DNA of 64,000 bases from Eledone cirrhosa (taxonomy: Eukaryota): the NCBI GenBank assembly GCA_964016885.1, contig OZ024757.1, forward strand, positions 37,696,001-37,760,000. Reading direction: 5' to 3'. The translations under genes and the position numbers were made by a program. A model generated the notes under the pieces. It was not told where the DNA came from and ran no database searches. It saw only the letters and a list, made by a program, of their open reading frames with translations. Positions within the stretch are counted from its first letter, which is position 1. Each line of letters opens with the position of its first letter. Of the stretch, positions 41,421 to 53,097 are shown piece by piece.

Positions 41421-42440
41421 ACTAGTCTGCCAATTCTCCACCACAACTAGTCTACCAATTCTCCAACACAACTAATCTGCCAATTCTTCATCACAACTAG
41501 TCTGCCAATTCTCCACCACAACTAGTCTGCCAATTCTCCACCACAACTAGTCTACCAATTCTCCACCACAACTAGCCTGCCAATTCTCCACCACAACTAG
41601 TCTGCCAATTCTCCACCACAACTAGTCTGCCAATTCTCCACCACAACTAGTCTACCAATTCTCCAACACAACTAGTCTGCCAATTCTTCATCACAACTAG
41701 TATACCAATTCTCCACCACAACTAGTCTGCCAATTCTCCACCACAACTAGTCTGCCAATTCTCCACCACAACTAGTCTGCCAATTCTCCACCACAACTAG
41801 TCTGCCGATTCTCCACCACAACTAGTCTGCTAATTCTCCACCACAACTAGTCTGCCAATTCTCCACCACAACTAGTCTACCAATTATCCAACACAACTAG
41901 TCTGCCAATTCTTCATCACAACTAGTCTACCAATTCTCCACCACAACTAGTCTGCCAATTCTCCACCACAACTAGTCTGTCAATTCTCCACCACAACTAG
42001 TCTGCCAATTCTCCACCACAACTAGTCTGCCAATTCTCCACAACTAGTCTACCGATTCTCCACCACAACTAGTCTACCAATTCTCCACCACAACTAGTCT
42101 GCCAATTCTCCACCACAACTAGTCTGCCAATTCTCCACCCTAACTAGTCTACCAATTCTCCACCACAACTAGTCTGCCAATTCTCCACCACAACTAGTCT
42201 GCCAATTCTCCACCACAACTAGTCTGCCAATTCTCCACCACAACTAGTCTGCCAATTCTCCACCACAACTAGTCTGCCAATTCACCACTACAGCTAGGCT
42301 GCCAATTCACCAATACAGCTAGGCTGCCAATTCACCACTATATCTAATCTGCCAATTCGCCACCTCAACTAGCCTGCCAATTCGCCACCATATCTAGCCT
42401 GCCAATTCGCCACCATATCTAGCCTGCCAATTGGCCGCCA
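41421..42440. repeat. 25-bp minisatellite ACTAGTCTGCCAATTCTCCACCACA, about 40 units
   Basis: Highly homogeneous tandem array that degenerates at its right end. Confidence 0.95.
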
Positions 42441-42581
42441 TAACGAGGCCCACTAAAGAAAAAATATGACCAACCACTAAGAAATATAATTTAAAAGGTA
42501 ACACATACAACTGAGATAGTATAAGTTTTTATTTTAATCCATTAATCCATTTCTGTTTTATTGCGTTTATATTCTAGAAAG

Positions 42582-42725
42582 TGAGGTAACGGATTGACAG
42601 TCGTTAGAACGTCAGATAGAATGCTTTATGGTATTCGTTCCGGCTTTTTGCTCTCTGAGTTCAAATCACGCCGAGGTCAATTTTGCCTTTCATCCTTTCG
42701 TGGTCGATAAAAATATACCAGTTTA
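42582..42725 (+). mobile_element. Meta-like tRNA-SINE, 3' truncated
   Basis: CTGAGTTCAAATCACGCCGAGGTCAATTTTGCCTTTCATCCTTTCGTGGTCGATAAAA. Confidence 0.7.
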
Positions 42726-42727
42726 GT

Positions 42728-43015
42728 TCTGGAAACCACAAGCAGTCACTAATATCAGGGGGCGCAAGCTCTCCTATCCCGATTTGCTGGCCACTGCCAT
42801 CGTGCCATCTACGAGGCTGTGTCTCCATTAGTGCTTTGGAAACCACAAGCAGTCACTAATAACAGGGGTCGCAAGTTATCCTATCCCGATGTCATCTCCA
42901 GAGATTCTGGTATTGAAATCCAGGACTTGACAACGACAATGAACGACAGACCCACGTGAAGATCAATTTGCTGAGTCCATATCGGCTGAGGCCGCCGGAT
43001 GATGATAATGATAAT
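42728..43015 (+). mobile_element. 3' end fragment of an RTE-like LINE with an internal ~53-bp duplication
   Basis: Translates to LWKPQAVTNNRGRKLSYPDVISRDSGIEIQDLTTTMNDR, resembling an RTE ORF C-terminus, then a (GAT)n-like tail. Confidence 0.55.
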
Positions 43016-43479
43016 GTCATTTCCTTATTTCCTTTCTCTCACTATCTCTATCATTCTCTGAAAGAAATCTGTTGTGTCTAGGCCTGGAGAGAGGAAGAGA
43101 TGGGTTCCAACAGGCTTTAAAAGGCCAAAGAAACGCCGTATATCACAACATCGCTTTTACAACCCCACTAGAAGTTAAGGGACCGTTCATATCTTTCGTT
43201 TATAAGTGTATCTAGTTTTATTAGCAAATAGTATTATAGAAATTACGCCATTTATTTCAAGAATAGTTCTGTTCAATTATGGATAAACGCCTTCATCTGT
43301 GTTTTTAGTTGTCGTTATATGTGTTTATTTGTTTATTTATTTATCTATTGTTTTGTTTTGTTTCTCTGTGTCTTTTCCTTCTTGATCCATAACCAAACAC
43401 AGAAATCCAATCAACATAACAATTTCCATTTCTATGCAGTAAATAATACTAATGATTTGTCTTTTTGTTTTGCTATTGT

Positions 43480-43840
43480 GTTTGTTGTTCGTATCGTCGT
43501 TGTTGTTGTGGTTGTAGAAGTTGTTGTAGTTGTTATAGTTGTAGCTATTGTTGTTGTAGTAGTTGTCGTATCGTCGTCGTTGTTGATGTAGTTGCTATTG
43601 TTGTTGTTGTCGCATGGTCGTTGTTTTTGTTTTTGTTGTTGTAGTTGATGTTGTGGTTGAAATTGTTGATGTTGTTGTTGTAGGTGTTGTAGCTGTTGTA
43701 GTTTGTTGTTGTAGTTTTTGCTGTTGTTGTTGTTGAGGTTGTTGTTTTAGTTGGTTATTTCATGAGCACGAGTAGGTGTTGTTGTTGTTGTTGTTGTAGT
43801 TCCAGCAGCACCAGTAGTTGTTGTTGTTGTTGCTGTCGTT
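43480..43840. repeat. Degenerate (GTT)n microsatellite
   Basis: Direct inspection. Confidence 0.9.
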
Positions 43841-44192
43841 CTTCTTCCAGCAAGACCAGTGAAATCATTTAATTTCCCGCTGCCTCGAAAATACTCAAGT
43901 GCGTTTATTACTGTCTAATTATCTATGTTGTTCTAACGAACAGAAACAAAACAACACAACACCCCCATAAAAAAAACAATAAAGAAAACCCATCAAAAAC
44001 AAACCTCAACAACAACAACAACAAAACACAACAAGGTATTCACGAAATCCAATTTAGTTCCATTGCCTCATTTTTCTTTAAGAGTAGAAAAAAATGTGTT
44101 TTCGAAGTAGAAATTAGTTAAAGAAACAAAGAAAAGGAAAGATTGGAAACCTAATGGTGTGTACATAAGGAAATAATTGTTACTTTAACAAT

Positions 44193-44241
<49 letters not shown>

Positions 44242-44243
44242 AA

Positions 44244-44289
<46 letters not shown>

Positions 44290-44987
44290 ACACATACGTA
44301 CGTATATATTTATATGTGTATATGTATATATATGTATATGTAAGTATATATGCGTATATATATATATATTATTCCCTCCATATACTGTACCGATTGTGTT
44401 ATTTCTGTTTAACTTTTACATACATATATGTATATATGTATGTATGTATATATATGTATATATATATACGCATATGTATGTTTACGAACAGCAGAGGACA
44501 TCTACCGTTCCTCTCCGACAGATAACCATCCCCCCTCCGGAAAACCCCCAAGTTGATGGATGTGAATCCGAAATATAGGGACAATTAAATCTCTCCCAAG
44601 GTAACTCTATCTCGAGTTATTAATTTTATTTTTTACGCTCTTTCCTACGTTCCTCTACACACTATACATCTCATTCTACATTCCCTTACACCTCTCTCTT
44701 CACCACCGGATCCTGTTACCCGGAGAAAAAAGAAAATACATCTTATTATTCCACAATGCTTGAAGCAAACCTCAATACTCACGTATATATATGTATATAT
44801 GTATATATATATATACACATATGTATATATGTATATATATATATACACATATGTATGTATGTATACGCATATAAATATGCATATATATATATATATATGC
44901 ATATATATATATATTAATATATGTATATATATTTATTTATTCATATATTATCTAAATTAAACACACCAGGAAACAAAACTCATTACA

Positions 44988-45273
44988 TTTGGCAGTATCG
45001 GTAGAGGGTTGGACGCCATGCTTTCTAGCACAGTCATGCCCGTTTACAGTCTGAGTTGAAATCCCGCCGAGGTTACCTTTGCCTTTCATCCTTACGGGGT
45101 CGATAAAATAAAGTACCAGTAATACACTGAGATAATTGCTGGCCTTGTGCCGAAAGTAGAATAATTATTTAGTTCATCGGACACCATACCTTGTAATATA
45201 TAGTAACGGCCCTTTACGTTCTGAGTACAAATCATGTCAAGGTTAAATTTGCTTTTCATCCTTACGCGGATAA
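44988..45273 (+). mobile_element. Two tandem Meta-like SINE copies, the second truncated
   Basis: GCCTTTCATCCTTACGGGGTCGATAAAATAAAGTACCAG core in the first copy; a degenerate core in the second. Confidence 0.7.
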
Positions 45274-45274
45274 A

Positions 45275-45400
45275 TGTATAATATATATAAATATATATGC
45301 ACATATCTATACATATTATATATATATTATAGACATATCTATATTATATATATATATATATATAATATATATGTATGTATAACATAGATATATGTCTATA

Positions 45401-45433
<33 letters not shown>

Positions 45434-45593
45434 GATATGTCTATAATATATATATAATATGTATATATATATGTATTATATAGATATGTCTATAATATAT
45501 ATATATATAATATGTATAGATATATGTATTATATAGATATGTCTATAATATATATATATAATATGTATAGATATATGTATTATATAGATATGT

Positions 45594-45636
<43 letters not shown>

Positions 45637-45662
45637 TAGATATATGTATTATATAGATATGT

Positions 45663-45701
<39 letters not shown>

Positions 45702-45727
45702 TAGATATATGTATTATATAGATATGT

Positions 45728-45769
<42 letters not shown>

Positions 45770-46521
45770 GTATAGATATATGTTTGTATAATACAGATAT
45801 GTCTATAATATATATATATATATATAGTGTGTGTCCATACATATTAGTATACTATTGTTGGTTAGTGGACTGCAAAATGTCTAGCATTTGGCATTTGACC
45901 TGACCAACTGTAAACTCGAAACTCTTCTAAACAAACATTCCTAAACACAAACAACACAACAACACAAAACACCACTGCAGTTACTACAGTTGATGCATGG
46001 TTGCCTTTCAAGCTCCCATCCTTAACGTCCATTAATCATCTGTCTATTTTACTTGATCAAACATGGACGCCAGTCAATCAACCTAGTCAATGAGAATGGA
46101 AGATTCTGGAACTCTGTAATGAAAAATACCAAGTAGGTATAGAGATAGAGCATTGTAAATTCCATGCACCCTGTTCTCTGTCCAGTTAAATCATTGAGAT
46201 GAATAAAATGACCATTGATTGATCGATTTAGAAATAGTGTAGAAAGAAATATATTGTTGGTCAGTGATTGAGTGATGTAGTATATAGTTAGTTGGTTGTG
46301 CATTCGATATCGATGTTTGCTCTTTTCTTCTACTTCCTCTTCTTTTTCTTCTTCTTCTGCTCTTTCCGCAGTTTGACATGGCAGATCGCCCTACCGATAA
46401 TATGTTTATCTTACATACATACCCCACCCTATATATATAGATATATATATATATATTTACGTATGTATATATATACATAGATATAGAAATACGTATATAT
46501 ATATATGTGTGTATATATATA

Positions 46522-46555
<34 letters not shown>

Positions 46556-47347
46556 CATACGTATACATATATATATATATATATACATACGTATACATAT
46601 ATGTATATATATACATACGTATACATATATGTATATATATATATATATATACGTATACATATATGTATATATATATATACATACGTATACATATATATAT
46701 ACATACGTATACATACGTGTATGTATATATATATATATACGTATGTATATGTATATATATATACGTATGTGTATATGTATATATATATATGTGTATATGT
46801 ATATATATATACGTATATATATATATATATACGTATATATACGTATGTGTATATGTATATATATATACGTATATATATATATATATACGTATATATATAT
46901 ATACGTATATATATATATATACGTATATATATATATACGTATATATATATATATATACGTATATATATATATACGTATATATATATATATACGTATATAT
47001 ATATATATATATACGTATATATATATATACGTATATATATATATATATACGTATATATATATACGTATATATATATATATATACGTATATATATATATAT
47101 ATACGTATATATATATATATATATACGTATATATATATATATACGTATATATATATATATATACGTATATATATATATATATACGTATATATATATATAT
47201 ATACGTATATATATATATATATACGTATATATATATATATACGTATATATATATATATACGTATATATATATATACGTATATATATATATATACGTATAT
47301 ATATATATATACGTATGTATATATATATACGTATGTATATATATACG

Positions 47348-47378
<31 letters not shown>

Positions 47379-47568
47379 GTATATATATATATGTATATAC
47401 GTATGTATATATATATATATAAATGTATGTATGTATATGTATATATATATATACGTATATATATATATATATATATATAAATGTATGTATATATATATAT
47501 ATATATATATACGTATATATATATATATATATATAAATGTATGTATGTATATATATATATATATATAC

Positions 47569-47606
<38 letters not shown>

Positions 47607-47607
47607 G

Positions 47608-47639
<32 letters not shown>

Positions 47640-47640
47640 C

Positions 47641-47672
<32 letters not shown>

Positions 47673-47693
47673 TTATGTGTATATATGTATAAG

Positions 47694-47724
<31 letters not shown>

Positions 47725-48498
47725 TTAAGTATGTATATATTTATATACGTGTCTGTATATATATGTATAAGTATGTATATATATGTATAAGTATGTATAT
47801 ATATGTATAAGTATGTATATATATGTATAAGTATGTATATATATATATAAGTATGTATATATATATATATAAGTATGTATATATATATATAAGTATGTAT
47901 ATATATATAAGTATGTATATATATATATATAAGTATGTATATATATATAAGCATGTATATATATATATATAAGTATGTATATATATATATAAGTATGTAT
48001 ATATATGTATAAGTATGTATATATATGTATAAGTATGTATATATATATAAGTATGTATATATATATAAGTATGTATATATATATATATAAGTATGTATAT
48101 ATATAAGTATGTATATATATATATAAGTATGTATATATATGTATAAGTATGTAATATATATATACGTATATATATATATATATATATAAGTATGTATATA
48201 TATGTATACGTATGTATATATATGTATAAGTATGTATATATATATACGGATGTATATATATATATATACGTATGTATATATATATATATATACGTATGTA
48301 TATATATATATATACGTATGTATATATATATATATACGTATGTATATATATGTATATATATATATATACGTATGTATATATATGTATATATATATATATA
48401 CACGTATGTATATATATATATATACGTATGTATATATATGTATATATATATATATATACGTATGTATATATATGTATATATATATATATATACGTATG

Positions 48499-48529
<31 letters not shown>

Positions 48530-48606
48530 GTATGTATATATATATATATACGTATGTATATATATATATATACGTATGTATATATATGTATATATATATA
48601 TATACG

Positions 48607-48652
<46 letters not shown>

Positions 48653-48909
48653 CGTATATATATATACGTATGTATATATATATATATATATACGTATGTA
48701 TATATATATATATACGTATGTATATATATATATATATATACGTATGTATATATATATATATATATACGTATGTATATATATATATATACGTATGTATATA
48801 TATATATATATGTACGTATGTATATATATATATATATGTACGTATATATATATATACGTATGTATGTACACGCACATACATATATGTATACAGACGTACA
48901 GCAGCATGC

Positions 48910-48940
<31 letters not shown>

Positions 48941-49478
48941 CAGGTACACATACATATATGCACGCATCAGTTCAGCGGACGCTTATTATAGCGCCCGCTT
49001 TGTTCTTTTGTAAACAAACTGAACAGCCCTCTTTGGGGAGCTTCACGTTTCATGATACTTTGTTTCGTGTGGGGAGACCACAGTGGACAACAGTATTCAA
49101 GGTGTGGTCGGGCAAAAGTGGAGAAGAGAAGGATAATGGTGTGGGAATCTCTCGACTGGAAGGTTCTGTTGATCCAGGCACACATTCTGCGGGTCATGTC
49201 AACTTTGCTGCTTATATGCGTGGTCCAGCTTATGTTGCTGTCCACGGTTACTCCCAAGTATGTATATATATATACGTATGTATATATATATATACGTATG
49301 TATATATATATACGTATGTATATATATATATACGTATGTATGTATATATATATACGTATGTATATATATATACGTATGTATATATATATATACGTATGTA
49401 TGTATATATATATATATATACGTATGTATATATATACGTATGTATATATATACGTATGTATATATACGTATGTATATA

Positions 49479-49524
<46 letters not shown>

Positions 49525-49600
49525 TACGTTGAGAGGATCACACACACACATATATATATATATACACACACATATATATATATATACATATATATATATT
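45275..49600. repeat. (TA)n arrays with TACG, AAGTATG and GATATGTCTATA punctuations
   Basis: Direct inspection; interrupted by 45830-46430 and by the LINE fragment at 49 kb. Confidence 0.9.
49025..49258 (-). mobile_element. CR1/L2-group LINE ORF2 fragment (RT thumb region)
   Basis: [15 protein letters not shown]...[20 protein letters not shown]...EAPQR matches the LGV.xD..L.W..HI and RPHLEYC..WSP motifs. Confidence 0.8.
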
Positions 49601-50662
49601 TATTCCGTGGAGGGGTGAAGATCGATTCTACAGAAGCTATCCTGTCTTTAATTAGTAGATCGAACTATATAAATACAGCTCTCTTCCACAATAAATTCCT
49701 CAATACACATGACATCATAATTTTACACTGCGTTATTCTTTTCAACCTCTCTCGCTCTCTCTCCTACCTTGTCTCTTTCTTTTACTCTTTCTTTATTTAT
49801 TTATCTTCCTTTCTTTCTCTTTATTTCTCTTTTTCTTTCTCTCTTTCTCTTGTTCTATCTTTCTCTTTCTTTCTTATCTCTTTCTTTTTTTCTTTCTTTT
49901 TTTCTTTCTTTCTCTCTTTCTTTCTTTTTCTTTCTTTTCCTTTCTTTCATTCCATTCCTTTTCCCCAATCAACGAATCAATCTCTCTTCTTCACCACACT
50001 TTCATACATTTTGAATTCTCGTTGTTTCGATTCTTTCATCCACCAAATTCTTGGACATCATTATCATCTAGTTAATGTTACCGTTGTATCTATATGTATA
50101 TTCACTAAGATCACTGCTATAACTGCGAAGCTATTCCAGTGACTCGAAAATCGATACAAATTTAACTCGTCCTATGGACTGAATGCTCTTACCCTTGGAT
50201 ATTTCTACCAAAATTATACTACAGTATACATACATACAGTGAGTAAAATCGAAGTTGCAGCTATGGTAGCATCTCTCGTAAGAACAACCTCAGAAGCTTG
50301 CACAAGCATTCGATAAGATTAAATCGATAAATTAAATCTTAGAGTAATAAACATACGATAAAGATGTGACAAATTGAAAACTGTAGCGAGGTAAAGAATA
50401 TAAAAACAGCCCCTACATCAACGAAAATACAAGCAGGTAAATACGAACGTGGACCAAATCGATAGATTTTACAATGGTTTCTGTAAAACCCATTCAACAA
50501 TCCAAGTTGCACAATGCGCGAGTCTGTACTGTATCAAGATTGAACGTGGAATCATTTTATCAACATGATTTTGTTCTGTGTGCCAACCGCTCGGTGCAAT
50601 GTGACTGCTGCAAATACTATAGTATCAATTATAGCAGCAGGGTCGCATGTTCTTTATATATA

Positions 50663-50745
<83 letters not shown>

Positions 50746-50747
<2 letters not shown>

Positions 50748-50894
50748 CGAAGGAAGTGTGGTAAGGAACCTGGTGGACCGTAACGCACCAGAGTACTCGA
50801 TACTATGGGTAGTAGTGTGGGTAATAGGAAAAGAGTCACGACCCCGACGGCTGAGCGCAGGGCGTTTCGACAGCTATCTCTGAACGTTCAGAAA
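50746..50894 (-). mobile_element. Half-hammerhead family copy truncated at the central hairpin
   Basis: Homologous to 35660-35800; ends at TCTGAACGTTCAGA followed by (TA)n. Confidence 0.75.
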
Positions 50895-51078
50895 TATATA
50901 TATATATGATACGTAGTTTATATATATGTATATATATACATATACATATACATAGAAGCGAAAACCAACCAAACAGTGAGCGTGTTCTGTTATCATTTCT
51001 GGCAACATTATTACAACAATATGACCCTCCCCAAGTATATATATATAAGCGATTCTTTGCTTAAACTTTAATCTGTTA

Positions 51079-51143
<65 letters not shown>

Positions 51144-51154
51144 ATGTATATATA

Positions 51155-51427
51155 CTATCCGGGAACTTCCAACAGAAATGGTCGCATTCTCTAAGGGTGT
51201 GTCAATATTTATTTATAAAACTGATCTATATTATATTTTATCTGATGAAAGCACACCATAATTTAACTTGGTGTCCTTGAAATATGTATAATGAAATAAA
51301 TATGGTTTTATAAATATAGTTTCCATTTAATATATCGTATTTTTACTCCAATAACTTGTTGAGTGCTTTATATCAGTTATAAAAATATTTGCTTTTTGTA
51401 TGCCCACAAATTAAATATAACTTCTAC
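51155..51427 (+). mobile_element. ~273-bp (TA)n-flanked hammerhead-bearing element, copy 1
   Basis: Near-identical to 62979-63250 with the same boundaries (CTATCCGGG...CTTCTAC). Confidence 0.8.
51234..51298 (+). ncRNA. Minimal type-I hammerhead ribozyme motif
   Basis: TATTTTAT-CTGATGA-AAGCACACCA(loop)TGGTGTCCTT-GAAA-T(ATGT)A-TA^ATGAAATA. Confidence 0.8.
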
Positions 51428-51442
51428 ATATATATATATATA

Positions 51443-51473
<31 letters not shown>

Positions 51474-51699
51474 TTGTGTATGTATGTATATGAGTCACTG
51501 AAATAGCTTCGCAGGTATAATGACAATAACGGCAGTGATAAGGAACTATCACAAAGAATTATATCGGTCGCCAAAAGAAGACAACAGTGAAGTTACACTG
51601 GAAAAAAATTAACAATCTGTTGGGAATATAACATTGAAATCTCAGAGAAATGCGAGGACCAGAAACAACAGACCAGTTGCCAAGAATGATAATGTTACC

Positions 51700-51985
51700 A
51701 TCCTATGGGAAGTGTCAGTGCTGAGAGATATGGGAAATGTCAAAGGAATTGGTCAGACATCATAATTAAATACGTCAGATTTAATACCAGTATGCTGATT
51801 GATATGACATCATTAACAGACCATAACACTTTAGTTGAAGCTCACAGAAGAGAAACAAAAAATAAACGTAAAACAAGTTGTCTAGATATAAAGATCTTGA
51901 GAATGAGATCTCTAGATTGTGGGACATCACCACACAAACCATACCAGTAATGACTGTAGGACGTGGTTTAATGAAAAATATAGAT
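51700..51985 (+). mobile_element. Decayed restriction-like endonuclease (RLE) domain of an R4/Dong-like non-LTR element
   Basis: Frameshifted peptides ..SDIIIK..MLIDMTSLTDHN.. and SRYKDLENEISRLWDITTQTIPVMTVGRGLMK resemble RPD..LID..KYKDL..EI.RLW..IP..G.LG RLE motifs. Confidence 0.7.
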
Positions 51986-51994
51986 AATTCTTTC

Positions 51995-52195
51995 TGCATT
52001 TGGCACAAGGCCAGTAATTTGAAGGGAAGTGAAAAGTCAGTTAATTCGACCTCACTGCGTTCCTGGTACTTTATTTTATCGACCCCGTAAGGTTGAAAGG
52101 CAAAGTTAACCTCGACCAGATTTGAACTGAGAACGTAAAGGGCAGTAAATCTGTGCCGTAAAGCAGGTTGTCCGACATGCTATCGATACTGCCAA
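51995..52195 (-). mobile_element. Meta-like tRNA-SINE
   Basis: CTGGTACTTTATTTTATCGACCCCGTAAGGTTGAAAGGCAAAGTTAACCTCG is the reverse complement of the core. Confidence 0.75.
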
Positions 52196-52252
52196 TAAAT
52201 AAAAGGGACTGGAACAAATATTTATATATGCCTATATGTATGTGTCTCTATG

Positions 52253-52290
<38 letters not shown>

Positions 52291-52291
52291 G

Positions 52292-52330
<39 letters not shown>

Positions 52331-52530
52331 CACATATATATCTATACTCCTTTCATATACTTTACCGTTTGTGTTGTTATTTCTGTTTACCTTATATATA
52401 TGTGAGAACACACACACACACACACATATATAGATATGTGTGTGTATGCATATATATATTTGTATAACTAATTTGTACATATGTGTATATACATACGTTT
52501 GTGTTTATATATAATGTATATATATATATA

Positions 52531-52571
<41 letters not shown>

Positions 52572-52593
52572 GTATATATATATATATATAATG

Positions 52594-52628
<35 letters not shown>

Positions 52629-53097
52629 GTATATATATATATATACACACACACACATAAAGATATGTGTATATACGCATGTATATGTATAATCTATCAT
52701 TATTGCGTTGTCACGTACATACACAGTAAAATGGAATTTATATCATACTGATAGTGTTGATAGTGAAGACGTATCAACTAAACAAGTCATCATCATCATT
52801 ATTATTAGTATTATTAGTATTATTGTTATTATTATTCGTATCATTGTTGTTATTATTATTATTATCATTATTATTATTATTATTGAATGCCATGGTTGAC
52901 GGAGGCTCGGCTCTGTAAGGTATAGTAATTTTTAACCGTTAAAACAATTGTAAATTGTTTAAAACTTGAACCAAATTGTTGATAAAGACACCCTCCTCCT
53001 CGTGAGAGGGGTCTTTCTGTCCGTTATTTGGCCCTTCGGGGTTAAATAGCCAGTTATTGGGGTTTTGTACCCAAAATTTCATTTTAAACAAAAAAAC

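Noticed and set aside
41421-42300. 25-bp repeat array as a CRISPR array
   Set aside because: Units are head-to-tail with no unique spacers, there are no cas genes, and the context is eukaryotic.
50474-50650. Cys-containing short ORF as a host exon
   Set aside because: No recognisable domain or splice support, and it runs into (TA)n.
53065-53097. ORF1 start at 53065 as given in the track
   Set aside because: That codon is TTG; the first ATG (AAAAACATGG context) is at 53098.
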